The translations under genes were made by a program, and so were the position numbers. DNA of 64,000 nt from the NCBI GenBank assembly GCA_964106645.2, contig OZ067039.1; one strand, given 5' to 3'. The notes beneath the pieces were generated by a model that was not told where the DNA came from, did not search any database, and saw nothing but the letters and a program-made list of their open reading frames with translations. Positions 25,861-39,383 of this stretch are shown here, in pieces (the first letter of the stretch is position 1; every line of letters begins with the position of its first letter). The DNA is from Podarcis pityusensis (taxonomy: Eukaryota).

Positions 25861-26594
25861 CCTTTAGATGCCTTCTCTGCCACTCTCTCTTAAACCAAAT
25901 CAAAAATACTGTACCAAAAATATCCACAACAGGAATTGAAGATCTGGGGCTGGCTGGAGGATGCACAGGAAAGCAGCTGCTGCTGGTGTACTACCACGCA
26001 CATCAGCAGTTAGGCGGGGAGGCTGAGCAACCTAAACAAAGCCCCACTGTGCCTTTGGTCTCTTAGGGGCTTCCTCCACCCTCACCGATGTCCTCTCTGA
26101 GCTCCAGGGAGGTTCTCCTCATGAGCCACAAGAACTCCCCAGATCTCTCCCTCCATTTCCTGGTATGAATTGAATTATTTAATTATTTCCAGGCACTGTG
26201 CATAGACACGGTTGCGCACAAGTATGTGTGAACATGCTGGCATTGTGTGGAGGACCAGGAGGATATCTTTGCTTTCAGCCTTAAGGGAATAAGTAGTCAG
26301 GAACTAGGGAGGTCATGGGAAGGGTTAAGAGGCACAGTAGCTTTAGCCTCTTCAAAGAAGGGAAAGGGGTGGTATTAGGTGGAGAGAAGGCAAAGGCTCC
26401 AGGAGGGAAGAAGAAATGGGGGCAGGGTTTGTATGAAAAGGAGTGAGAAGTAGATTGGATTCTATTTTGGTTTGGGAGATAACTTCTTAATATTGCATTT
26501 GCCTAATTTCTCCGATTTCCAAGATCCCAAACCCATGCATTAAATTTCATTCTCTGCATGTGATTTGTTCTCATTACTATTATAGCACATTGTT

Positions 26595-27560
26595 TTAGGA
26601 ACCATCAATATGCTGATGACACCCAGCTCTCCCTCTCTCAAGTCTATCAGTATCAGGAGAGGCAGTGAAGGTGCTGAGCTGGTGCCTGGAGGTGGTAGTG
26701 GGTAGGATGTGGACAAGCACATTGAAACTGAACCCAGAGGAGATGAAGGTCCTATGGGTGGGGTTTTGTGTGACAGCCTATTGTGGATGAATTTGCACTG
26801 TCCTCCAAGGAGCAAGCTCACTGTGGGTGGGTGCTATGCTAGAATGATCATTCCTAGGTGACCTCAGTGACTACGACTGCCTACAACCTGCTTTTGTTGG
26901 TACATTAACTACAACCTTGTCTGGACAAAGATAGCCTAGCTATAGTTTTCTATGCTCTGGTAACCTCCAGGATGGACTACTGTAATGTGCTTTAAGTTGA
27001 GCTACCCTAGAAGATGACCTAGAAGTTGCCACTAATGCAGAATGCAGCAGCCAGGGTGAGAGTAGCTGCATATAGCTCATATTCCTAAACAGCTGCACTG
27101 GTTGCCACTTGTTCGCCAGGCCTATTTCAAGGTTTTTCTGTTGACATTTAAGCCCTGAATAACCTGATCCCCAACTATTTGAAAGAATGCCCTGCCCTGG
27201 ATCAAGCTGCTTCTGCATTAAGATCAGCGAGTAAGGCTTTCCTTGTGGTCCTTGCCTCAAATTAGGTCTGTTGGGGGGGGGGGTTCCATGGGAGAGTCTT
27301 TTTGGTGGCAGCTCTGCATCTGTAGAATGATCTCCCCAACTTTATACACCAGGTAAAACTCACCTTTTTTGCAGCCTTTTAGAAGCTGATGCATTAGGCC
27401 ACTTTGTAATTATGATACTGCTAATTATGTTCCTTATATATTTTATAAGAATTATATTTAATATTCTTGCTTATTATGTAGCATATTGTCTTATTTTATT
27501 GCAAACTGCCCTGTGACCATTTCTGGTGAAGAGTGGAACAGAGTGAAACTGAATAAATAA
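26595..27560 (+). mobile_element. Degraded L2-clade LINE (RT catalytic motif to tail)
   Basis: catcaatatgctgatgacacccagctc encodes HQYADDTQL. Later LVTSRMDYCN, QNAAA and LHWLP remnants, then an (ATAA)n tail at about 27555. Confidence 0.85.
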
Positions 27561-29625
27561 ATGTTGTATTAATGGTTCCAACGAAGACCTGCTTAGATGC
27601 TGCACAGCTTCCCCAGGCATGGTGAAAGTGAAGACTTCCTTTGTGTTGCAGTTGGGATCTCTACCTGCATCACAATCTGTGCTTAAGGTCTTAGAAATGA
27701 TAATGCTACATAACTAAGAATTGTTTTCCCTGTATTATTATTCAATTTATATACTGTCCTTTATCCAAAGATCCCAGGGTGACATGAATATCAGCGAGCC
27801 TGTGTTGTATGCAGGGCATAAAGGTATACAAAAGTACACAAGATGCCTCAACAGCAGGAAGGCAACAGGGAGGCAATGTGACCCAAAGCCACCTCCTTAG
27901 AGCCCACCAACACTTGTTAGGATTCCTTTTTTTAAAAAAAAAAATTATAATATTGCTTTTATTAGAAAATTCCTACTCCTTATTGCCGCAGAGAGATATC
28001 TGAATAATTAATGGCAAATGAGTTTAATGGCAGAAAGCAAAGTATAAAAAGCAGCCCCAATTCACTGCATTTAACATTCGCGATGTCTAATTTTGCACAC
28101 CAAGGTGTTTAAAGGTGAAGTCAAGTTTTTCACATTTGAGGTCAACAATTTCGGAATAGGAATCATGCCTACTAATAATTTATTTCAGCTTGGCTCAACA
28201 AATTTAACAAAAAAAAAAAAGGCTTTGCCAATTATGTTAATCACTTGCTATTAAACATGCAAACTGGCAACAGGCCTTTGGCTTATGATGTATTTCTAAT
28301 GTGGTCCTCAGGTTTCCCCTACCTTAACGAAAGGAAAGCCAGGCACTGCATTAGCAGATTTCATATAGCGACTAATAGCTCAACATAAAATCGCCATGTC
28401 TGTGGGAAAACGGGATTGATATCCTCGTTAATTAAAACACAAAAAGTGTTACCCCATTTGAGGTAGATAATTAATAGTGAACAGTCTTTCTGTGTACGCA
28501 TTCGCATTCAATCTGCTCAAAGCTATATTTGCTGGGGTATCCGAAAGCATTTCCCAGCATTCTACAAGCAGAAAGATTACATGAGCCATAAAGGATGTTG
28601 TCTGTTTCCAAAGGGCACAAAGGAAGTGAAGGAGTCTAAAGTTGCAATCCTAAGCACACTTGCAAAGGAGTAAGAGGTTCTGAATAGATATGCCCAGGAC
28701 GGCACTGGAAGTATTGAGGGTGCTCTTTGTAAGAGGCAGAACCTGTGTGCCATACTACTAGCCACTGCCTAGAGAAACTTTTCACAGGGGGTAGCTCTTT
28801 TACCCCACCAGCAGACACTGGGGATTTCTGCCAGAACCACGGGCAACATTTCTCATGACAGGAGGAAGTGACTGGCAAGAGGTTCAGTGGGCCTGGAGCC
28901 AGACGTGAGCTGTGAATGAGAAACAGCAGCCAGCCAAGAATGAAGCGCCAGGGCTCACTAACAGGCACAGCAGAAATGATAGGAGAGGATGTGATAGAGC
29001 TGTGTTGAACAAATCACAGGGCCTGAAGGGTTGACTGAGATGCTGGGCCTCGGAGGCCCAGAGCAGGATACATGGATGTGGGCATGCAAACTGTCAGGTG
29101 CCACAGGGCACTGGCTCCCTACACCACCAGGGCTTCTGGTCAGAGGAGGGAACTGCAGGCTGAGAGGTTCCCTGCACAGGAAGCCAGGCAGCACTGGACA
29201 GCCAATCTGCTGCCACTGGTGTTTATGAAAGATTCTCACTTCCCTCTGTGTGCGCAGCTTGTATCTGAGGGAGGCTGCTCAGTCCTTCCTCTGCACACCC
29301 AGACTATGGCCCTTGTCTCCATCCTGCCTACCTCTGGGGTACTTGCATACCCTTCAGAACTGAACACATGACACACACACACTCATGATTTGTCAGGATT
29401 TGTGTTTTTTTAAGTACAGAATATGCTGCGCTAGGACAAGCCATCAGACTGGGTGACACACTAGGTCCCTTTTGATTCTCTGATTTTAAGAATTTGCCCA
29501 AGACTAGTCCCAAATGGACTACTCTAGCTAATTCCACAACTGACAAACAAATACAGATGTGTGGGGCAAGATCTCCAAATGACCAGCATGAACAAACGGC
29601 ATATAAGAACAGGTGTTTAGCAAAC

Positions 29626-29791
29626 CTGGAGCATCTTCAGCTGGGTCCTCTCTGGTGCCATTACAATACATGGCGTGCACCTCAATTTCCGAAACTGGGA
29701 ATGTGCGATCACACAGTGGACACGGAATAGGTTTGTCACCAAGAAAGCTTCCTGCAGACACTGTTTCCCCAGCATCTTCAGCTGCATCAGC
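29626..29791 (-). CDS. UIMC1: UIMC1 exon with zinc finger 1 (CPLCDRTFPVSEIEVHAMYC)
   Basis: Matches human CPLCDQCFPPTKIERHAMYCNG. Acceptor ctttttcag, donor gtttgc, 166 bp, phase 0 to 1. Confidence 0.96.
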
Positions 29792-31479
29792 CTGAAAAAG
29801 AGAGGAAGAGAAGGGGCAAGTTGATCTAGTTGCAGTTTCAACAATCATCCTAGTTCCCTCGATCTGCAGTTTCTAAATCTCTCCAGATTCTGGGCTTCCA
29901 TCACCAGTTTTCATTTCTACTGAACAGGTCAGATCTAAGAACCCTGCAGTGATGAGCACACTCAACAGACCTAATATCTTATGCTTACTTCAAAAGGCAC
30001 CGTGCCCTCCCAAATCACTATGATGCTCCCTCTGGAGAGCCGAATGTTCTATTTAAAGCATAGATCACCTGCATCGCCACTGTGGCTCTCTTGGGAAAGC
30101 GTAAAACACTCTTAAATTGAGAAAGTCTGAGTGCCAGCGAGGAAAAAAACACACAACTGACAGAAAATTAAAGCGCCCAATTCAGAGTCAGTCAGTCCCT
30201 TGTTGGCAGTACTGCCTTCAGAGTGTGGCCCCGTCCAGGATGAAAAGAAACTGCCAACTTCACACTCATGGCTAGCTTGAGTCAGTGAGAAATGTTCACC
30301 GAGTTAGATCATGGTCTGCATAGCAGCAAGTTGCATGTGTATTCATGAGGTGGAGGCGTGTTGCTGTTCTATACACAAGCTTGGGCATTTTATTTATTTT
30401 TACCAAAGTACAGCCATCTTATACGATGTCGGGTTTCCTAAATCCAAAGGTTAAGCTACAAGACTGAGATTGTTGCAATGGAACATACACTTGAAATTAC
30501 TGGCTAGTCCTTTGATCACAATTCCATTCAGTGATGTTTCTTGGAGGAAAAGAGACTCTGGGTATCTTGTGGCTTCCACCTGTAAAGTTTCCCTTTATTG
30601 ACTCCCAGCTAGGTTCAAATCATATGTACAATTTTTGAAATGTTGCTAAAATGCTTTCTCAAAGCAGCTTGACCCAGAAAACCAAGCTGTATCTAATATG
30701 GGAGATTCCCCAACCAGCCCACAAAAGGAGAGTGTGGCTTTGTCCCTGGGAAAACAACACCTGGACTTGAAATGCAGCTTACCGAATGTGGTGAACAAGT
30801 GGCTCATTTGGCCCTCTGATGGAGATCACTACCAAGGGACTGATAATTTAAAGAACTCTGGTACCTAAGAATTGCATGTGCTATTTTTACACTTATTTTG
30901 TTACATTTTACGTTCGAGGATTTTCTCTCAATAAACCCTGTTTTAATATGATCTTTTTGTTGCTTTTCAATAAAACATAGCTGCCACTAGAGAGAGAGAG
31001 CTAGGTATCATCTTGGGGCTGTGCTACTTGGATATTCTCAAGGCAGGAAACTATGAGGGCTTGGAGCACAAAAATGTAAAAATTGTCGTGCAGGATCAGG
31101 CCAGGTGCTGCGGCTGCCTCCTGCCCTGTTGGTGGGTTTCCTAGAAACATCTGGAAAGTCACTGCTGAAAGTAGAAGGCTGGATTAGATGGGCACTTAGT
31201 CTGATCAGCAGAGCTTCTCTCACATTCTTAGTAACTGTCCAACTAGCTCAGCAGCCTGAGCTTCCCATGGGCATCCGGATGGTCTCTGTTAAAGCCAAAC
31301 CAGACAAGACTGAGACAGCCACTGCTGCTTCTCTTAACAGCTGGTAGTCATAATGAACTGGCTCTGGATATCATCTACAATTGTGTCTAACTGGAGTTGC
31401 AAATGTTTGAAACAATCCTGAGGTCAGTAAGTAAGGGAAGCATAGTTTTCATGACTGTTCCAGGTACGCCTGTTAGCCT

Positions 31480-31640
31480 ATCTGGCTGTATACTTTTCAC
31501 CTTTGCATCCCAACCTTTATCCCAAGCAATTCAGGGCTGAGTACACGGAGCAGAGGTTCAGCTTGCCCAAGGCTATGCTGTGAGCTCTGCGGCAGATTTG
31601 ACTCAACTCTCCCTAGTCCAGGTCCAGCACTCTATCCACC
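31480..31640 (-). mobile_element. Degraded CORE-type SINE fragment
   Basis: cttgcccaaggct (CORE), gatttgactc, ccagcactctatccac motifs. Confidence 0.4.
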
Positions 31641-34493
31641 CCACCGACTTTCTAGTGACAAATATGTGGAAGAGTTACAGCAGTTACTTTGAATTAACTC
31701 CCAAATCCTCGCTGGGCCTTGGGTTTGTGAGTGAGAAGCATGCTGGTCCAACCAGATCAGCCCCTAGTTTTGTGGCAGGGATACAAGATGAGAGCAAGAA
31801 AACACACGGGAGTTCTTTCTTGGCTTTTTTGTAGGATAAAGTTAAGTACTATTATCTGCATGTCATTAAATACACCCATTTTTTTAATATCCCCAACAGA
31901 GTCTCAGAGCCACCGTGCATTTCTGCCTCTGAAACGCACAGCCTCTGCCTTGAACTATTCATGTCTGTAAGAGGCAGAAGGCTGACTACTGCCATCTTAT
32001 TTCTTAATACTGGAAGACTTCTACATAATGTCAGCCTATCTCAAAGGTTCCTAAACATTCAAAAGCAAAGAAGATTTGCCAGAACCATTAAAACGTCTGT
32101 TTAAATATTAAACCAGCTAGATGGAACCTGTGGGAAATATTCTAGGATTGGTGATTTTTATTGGGGTGAGACAAGCAGACACACTCTCTCTCTTACACAT
32201 ACACAGAAACTGTCATCTGTGTCCTTATAACTGCACAGTTCCAAGGAAACCATCACTAGACGTGAGCCTGACTGACTGCTTAGGCATGCTTCATGTTTTG
32301 TTTTATGAGTGGTCCCCATTATGTAGGCCTGTTGCTTAGCAGCTTCATTGCAGAATCTACATTGTCAAGCAAGAGCCTAATTCTATGTGAGGAATTTCAT
32401 TGACTTATTGAAGACTGCTTTGTATATGTGGGGGTGTGTATGATTGGCTGGTGTTTTCTTAAAGCCCAATCTCATATGTGCCAAATTCCCTGCTGACAGG
32501 TGATCAGTACCAAACTGCAGGGACCGTCAACAATTGTTTCAGGCAAAAGTCATTTTTTAAAAATCCTTTTCTAAAGAGACCTGACTCCAAAGTGGAAAAA
32601 ATTGCTCTGTGCATTCTGCAGTTATTAAGCTACACTACAGCTACTACTGCTATACCATACATTCCTAGTATTTTGCATCTCGGCATTGCTACATCTTGCT
32701 AAGTGCTTTGAGGCTGTGGTATGTTGTGAAGACATGCCAAACACGAAACAAGACATGCCAACGATAAGGAGTTCTGATCAAATCGGTGTTAATCTAATAA
32801 GATGACACATCTACAGATGTGAAGAGCTCTCCGCTCCTTCCCATTTCCACTTTACACAGCCTTGCAGATCACATCCTTTGCAAATACCAGGTGTCCAAAT
32901 AAACTGCTTACACTCCCACAGTAAATAACTCAATTGTAAATGTAAATGCGGCATTGTGGAGCAACACATCAGCCCCCTCTCCCCACCCCCCTCCCCGAGA
33001 ATGACTTTTGACAAGCCCTGGGAGGACGGCTGAGAGAAGCCTTAACCGCATGACTGGCTGCCCACCCAGCAAAGGGGAAAGCAGAACCATCCCACGCCGG
33101 CGCTTACAAGAAGAGATGCCCTGAGCGACTGAGGCCGCCTCCATTCAAACAGGGCTCGTGCCTTTGGGCCAGCAGCAGAGGCAGGAGATCAGGCTGGCTG
33201 GTGTATGGCTCAGCTCCCATTATCCACTGAGCCATATAATACAAGGTTCAAATCCTGCCACAGCGTTCAAGTCCTTCTGATCACCCAAGTTAACACTGGG
33301 AGGCCTAAAATGGGCTACTGACCTATCCTTAGGGCCTTTCTGAGCACTTGCTGTCTTTCTGCCTGGATAGGTTTTTTAAGGCACAAATCCCACCCAGGAA
33401 CTAGTCCCATAACACAAGAGACAACTCACTAGTTCTGGTTTCCCTAGAGGTCCCTAAGTTTCATAATCACTATGCAAACATAGCATAGGCTGTGAGAGTT
33501 CAGATACTCACTGGGTGCACTATCCCACTCAGTGACACTGCCTAACTGATGAATGGCACACAACGTAAAAAACCTGAGCTATTAGGAAGTTCATTAAGGT
33601 ACCTGTTACAATGTGACGCTGCTTCTACATGTTAACAGTCATCATCATGGAGACAGACAACCCTGTACAGGCTGAAGACTCCAAGAATTAGCCTTTTACA
33701 TATGAATCATCTTGTCAAGTGCTCTCCCAATTCACCTAGATTTATGTATCCTGCCAGAATAGTACTTGAAAATCCCTTTTATATTCCCACCAGCAGCAAC
33801 CTAAATAGGCATTATTTTTATATTACCAGAAACAGCCATTGAAGTCAGATGTCACTGTTGTGACAGTGGCATGGTGACTGCAGCACAGGTGTGGTGATTC
33901 AGGAAAGCAGAGCAAAGACAACAGCATTCATTTGGCAATGAGACAAGCAAGAAAGGCCTTTCTCTGGATTAATCTAGAGGCACATCCAAGATAAATCATG
34001 ACTGCGAAGACTTCGTTTAAGGTAATAGTCAGAAGGCCCACACGAGCACAGTGAGCACCCCAAAATTAAGCAGCAGCAGCATTCAGACCAGTGCCAAATC
34101 TTAAAGCCCTCTGCCCACTCCCCTCTTGTGTACACATGCTCTACTGTCAAAGCCTCAAAGCTGTAAAGAGCCAATAGCAACAGCTTAATCACACTGCAGA
34201 GTCACAGTTTTGCCAACATGCTTGCAACCTCTTTGTTCAGTCAGACACGTGCAGCTCGGGGACAAGCAACTAGCTCCCTTTCCCTCGTTGGGCCCAGTGG
34301 TGTCCTTTGGCACATCGCAACCCATGTAGCACATTGAATAGGTGTCGCCCGCAAGATGACAAACGTGAGAAAGTCAACAGCAATCCCTTCCGCTAACAAA
34401 GGTGCTAGGCTTGTAGTCCATGGCCGCATAGATGGAGGAAAAGAAACGAATTGGGAGGAGTTGCTGACAAAGGGAGGGAGAACAACAGGAGGC

Positions 34494-34522
<29 letters not shown>
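34494..34522. repeat. (CA)n microsatellite
   Basis: Direct observation. Confidence 0.95.
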
Positions 34523-34526
<4 letters not shown>

Positions 34527-34622
34527 TAGTTTGCAAGGCAGCTCATTTTGGGAGACAGGCAGGAAACGAGACTCTGCATTCCAGACGCTTCACTGGCTGT
34601 TATCCCTTAGGGATTTGCTTAC

Positions 34623-34702
34623 CTGCAGAGAGACATCTTTGCTGGATGAATGGATTTCTCCACTCTCAGGCTCAATAGCTTGCAATGGACTCGGCTGGGT
34701 CT
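34623..34702 (-). CDS. UIMC1: UIMC1 exon (E)TQPSPLQAIEPESGEIHSSSKDVSLQ
   Basis: Continues the conserved CPETQ motif. Acceptor tctgttacag, donor gtaagc, 80 bp, phase 1 to 0. Confidence 0.9.
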
Positions 34703-36199
34703 CTGTAACAGAAGCCTCCCATGTTAGCAGCAGCTCAGCCCCTCCCTATTATTCTCCACAAGCCCCCCTCCAACCCCCCAGCACATTCCACACTAGCTGA
34801 TAAAACTTATCCCATTTGCTTTACAGTGTCTTCACAGTTTCTAAACATTTTTTAGACTTGTCACAAATGTTAGCAGACAACGTGCAACAACATAACTGGA
34901 GTAGAAGTTTAAAGCTATAGTGCACCAGTGTGTGGATAAGGCTACTGCCATGCTGCAGCTTAACAGGGAGCAGGAATCAATAGGGCATGTAGGTTGTGCG
35001 CCAGGGTAGGTTTTGCTGGCGAGCAGCACAATGCAGGAGCAAACGCTTCAACTCGGGAGAAAGGCAACACACCTATTGCTGTGCTGTACAGCTTGCCTTT
35101 CCTTTGTACCCGCTCTGCCTCTTTGTTAGAACACCACCCCTCAGTTATTACCAACAATGAAAACCTCATCCAGTCTCCTGCAGGGAACCTCACAATTAAA
35201 CCTGTTCCTGTATGAGATGTGACACTGAAAAAAGGTTTGCTTTAGAAAAATAATTTCGAAATCAGATTGGGTCTTGAAGAGAACAATTTAACCTTGAACA
35301 ATTTTCTTGCTTACTGAATATAAGAAAATTCCTTTCCCCTAGCGTGATTTTGAAAATGTATGCTCAGGGCAGATGGATTTGTAAGCATTGCTGTATGACT
35401 GATTTGCTCTGAACTGGAGGGGGGGCGGGCGGGGAAAATACATCATTCAGGATGTCACTGACAAACCCAGCAGGTGGGGACCGCTGGCTCTTCTAACATG
35501 AGGTAACCCTCCTGTTAGAGCCGTAGTAGTTGACACCCCTGGCTTTGAGTGTCCAAACAATGATTAGCAATTGCAGCTTCATTAAACACAGGACTGCAAA
35601 AGGCAGAGGAAGAAGTTCATTTGCTCATACTGAGAGGAAGACATATTTCATTCAGTTTCTAAAAGATAAGCTCAGGAGTCCTTCTCCCAGTATGTTTAAC
35701 CAAGGAATATAAACTAACATAAACACTTACATAAGTGGTTCTAGGACAAAACTAAGAGGCTCAGCAGGCGGTGCTCAGTGTCACCCTTGTTCTACGGCCA
35801 AGCAAATAAATGATGACAGTGCCAGCATACTAGCAGCATCCGTCATGGTGCTCCAAGGGAGGCATTCCAGTGAAGCAAGAAGTCCACAGGAAACAGCATG
35901 AAGCCCCTCTCAGGGTACCATTAATGCAACCACCCAAATGAAAGAGCAGAAAGGGAGTTGAGTCAGCCACCTTCCTCCTGTCTGCATCTGGACACACCAG
36001 GGCTGGAATGGCAAGGGACCAGCAGGATTTTGTGTTTTCCTAAGGAACTGATCAGGCCTTTTTCAAGGGATCCACTTGCCAAACCTACCAGTTTGACCTC
36101 ATGATTTACAACCTGCCAAGCAGCATAGCTTTGTCTGCAACTAAAGGATGTTGATTTTCTTGGCTCAAAACCACAAATGAATTGTTAGAGGGCTCATAC

Positions 36200-36288
36200 C
36201 AGGGCAAAGAGTGATTTCTTCCTCAGCTTGATTCTCTGCGGCCATGTCTGGGCTTCTCCTACTGTCCAACGGGGTCAAGGCAGAAATG
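36200..36288 (-). CDS. UIMC1: UIMC1 exon (S)ISALTPLDSRRSPDMAAENQAEEEITLCP(E)
   Basis: Resembles human SVAALTSKRS...AEEITVCPE. Acceptor tttcaatag, donor gtatga, 89 bp, phase 2 to 1. Confidence 0.92.
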
Positions 36289-39200
36289 CTATTGAAATGC
36301 AAACACAGAATAAACCAGTGTCACAACATGCAGGCCTGTGAAAGTCAGCTGCAGCCTTGGCAGCTCTGATTATCCAAGAAAGGCAGCAGGAGAGAATGCA
36401 GAAAGTTACAGGCTTGAAAGAAGCATCCCAAACAAGACGACTGTGGAGAAGCCCTTCTTCCCTAGAGACGCTTTCTAAAGCAAAAGAAAGGGTCGTTGTG
36501 TCATGCAGGAGAAGTAAGAATATCTACTCAGAACTGCAAAGGCTTCTTTGATGCTTTCTGCTTTTGGTCACAGGAGTACTGCAGGTAGCAGAGCAGCCTA
36601 ATCCTTAGCGAGGAGTGGGAAGAGGTGGAGATCTGTTTGACACTGAACTCTTCTCTCTCCCATCCTTTACTGCTATTCTCTCCCCCCCCCCCATTTCATC
36701 ACTGCACACTGCTCTCTAAAGCAGCAGGAATCTGACACAACTCAAAGCTTCCCTACAGCAAAGTTCTGCCAACACGAACCAAGCAGCTCTTTTATGCAGC
36801 ATTTAACTGTGCTTGGCTCCTCTCATTTTGACCTTCCAGTGCCGCCATTTTCTCTGCAAAGCACAGTCGCTCCACGTCATGGGAAGACACAGGCTGAGCC
36901 ACTGTGACATTGCCACCCTGTCAACCTTAGAGTTCTATGTGGCTTTCCTATTGGATTGATCAAGTATGCAAGTGCACACTTGAAAAACACGAATCTCCAC
37001 ACTGACAAAAGGAAAGATTTATTAAACTCAGCTATGAGCCTCGGAGAGTAGGGAACAGCCACCACAGATTTATGATAAATAAGAAAATCCTGATGGGAAA
37101 CCACAAGTGACTTCTCTCGCTCTCTCGCTAAATAAACCATCTCAAAGCATTTGTTATGAGCCCAAGCTGAGGACAGCTTATGCTGTGTAAACCATCAAGA
37201 CTCACTTCAAAAGGCCTCACACTAAACAATTTGCTATGACATTTATAAAATGGGCTAATCAATTTGAAGTCAACCCACATTGCTTGCTACACCAACTATC
37301 TCCCAGTAACAAAGCATATAATCATTTATTAAAATCTCAATCTAGCATACTTTGCACAACACAGGAAACAACAAAGCTGAGCGGCCAATGGAAAATGGGG
37401 GAGGAAGATGCCGTTGGCTAAAGCTGCTTTCAAAATTACTCCGGCAGCATAAGAACCAAAGAGCATCTGAAGCCCGCTGACCAGGTTGCCTGTGCTCTGC
37501 CCAGCGCAGGGCTCTGCTGGCAAACTGCCAGGTGCCAGATGGCCACACTTAATGGGCACAAAACTGAGAATACTGCAGCCACTGTCATCTTAATGCAGAT
37601 GTGCCGTCTGATCAAATTAGATGTCACAGCACGTAATGGTCAATCTTGATCCCAGCAGCCTGATGAGGGCAGCCGCCGGCTGCATTGCAAAGTTCCCGGG
37701 GTCACAGTGTGGCAAGTGGGATGTACTTTGAGATCCCTGCTTGCGGCTTGAAAAATGTGCAAGGCACCCAATGTAAACAGAGGAGACTAATCCTATTACC
37801 TACAGTCTGAGGGGGAAATGGAACAAGCCTTAAGGGTAGAAGCCTCACACCAGTGCCACTTGTTGTTTATATGAGTGCTGTCCCTGGATGGAGCTAGGGG
37901 GATTTTTTCCAATCAAGCTCTGGCTAATGAGTACTTGAAATATTACGCCCTAGTGAGGAAACAGGGGCATTATATCTCTCTCTCTTTCCCCACGCAGTCC
38001 CAGAACCTCCTGACAGCTGTGATGGCAAAGAAAGGCATCCACACTTGAATCTCTCCTCCCAAGTATGATCACCATAAGGGTGAAACTGCCATCCTCCTTA
38101 TTAGACTATGTACATAGGAGAGCTTACCCCACTGCAGGGTGGGAAGAGCTATCACATTAGTCAGTCTGCTCCCCTCATTGAGCATTCAGCCAAAATGCTG
38201 TTGGATCAATGAGAAGAGAGGATATCAGGCAGAGAAAAACCAGTGGCCTCATGCCAAGAGCATTTTAATTATAAAACCTGGGAAAACTAACCCAAGAATC
38301 AAGGAACTTCTCACAGCTAGACTTGTGGCTGAGCAGCAAATATTGAAATCTTCCTGGCAAATTACTTCATGAATCTTCCCCTATCTGCACCATCTCCTAC
38401 CGTTTCCTTCATTTCCTGATCTCTACTGCAAGCCATCCCAGCCAGTATGCTTTACTCCTGGGCTCTGGGAACCTTTAAGGCGGCAGTCCTCCCAGGAGGT
38501 ATTCCAGAAATGGCCACCATGCTGTGCCCTGCCAGAAAAAGCAGCAGCAGCAGCAGGGGCCCAAATGCGAGACACAGGCAGCAGCCTCCCCAACTTGTTA
38601 TTTAATCATCTGAAGCAAACAGGGTTTGGACCCTCCCCAACCACACATGCTACTTGCTCATACTTGAATTGGTTGTTCTCCCGGAACATGGCTTGCTGTC
38701 TCAAGGAGATAAATGTGCTGCCACTATTACGATATGCTTTCTTGGTCTTGTCTTCTGTTCTTGCCTCTTCAAAGAACTGCATATATATATTACATATTAT
38801 ATATATTTAAATACTGCTCCGCCATGCTGTTTGCATACCCGCTGAGACTCTTGCTGAAACTCATCTTTCAACCAGCCACAATTTATTGCTTTGTGGTGTC
38901 AAATCAAATTAAATTAGCTCCTTAGGCCAAGGATTGAACTTTATTATCTTTACTGCAATGGCTACTTCTTGCTTTACATTTTAAAGACACAGGTACTGTT
39001 GAGGGTCATACTTCTCTGTTTGACATTAGACACAAATATACTGCAAGAATGATAATGCATGCTGAGATTTTGGGCAGAATATTCGTTCAAGGCTCTGAGT
39101 CGCACACATTTGACACTATACAAACAGAAATTAGGTTCCTTTGCCCGCTTATCACATTCCAGCACAGTATAGTTACAACCTGAAATATACAACAGCTGCA

Positions 39201-39318
39201 GGCATCAAAAAACTAAATTTCTGTGCAACAGCTTTTGAAGAAGATCCCAGTAAGACCAGGTCATTGCAGCAGGCTTATTATCTCCCATAATGAACTACTC
39301 TGATATACACCTACTTAC

Positions 39319-39383
39319 CTTTGGGTAATCTGCATGGGCTCCCTTTCTTCAAGCACATCTTCTGCAAATAGCACTTGGGTGGC
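39319..39383 (-). CDS. UIMC1: UIMC1 exon ATQVLFAEDVLEEREPMQITQ(S)
   Basis: Strong polypyrimidine acceptor ttttctttcttcttag, donor gtaagt. 65 bp, phase 0 to 2 fits the neighbours. Weak similarity to human SSQGIVEETSEEGNSVPASQS. Confidence 0.85.

Noticed and set aside
37660-37700. CTGATGAG followed by a hairpin, suggestive of a hammerhead
   Set aside because: No GAAA after the hairpin and no stem I/III pairing.
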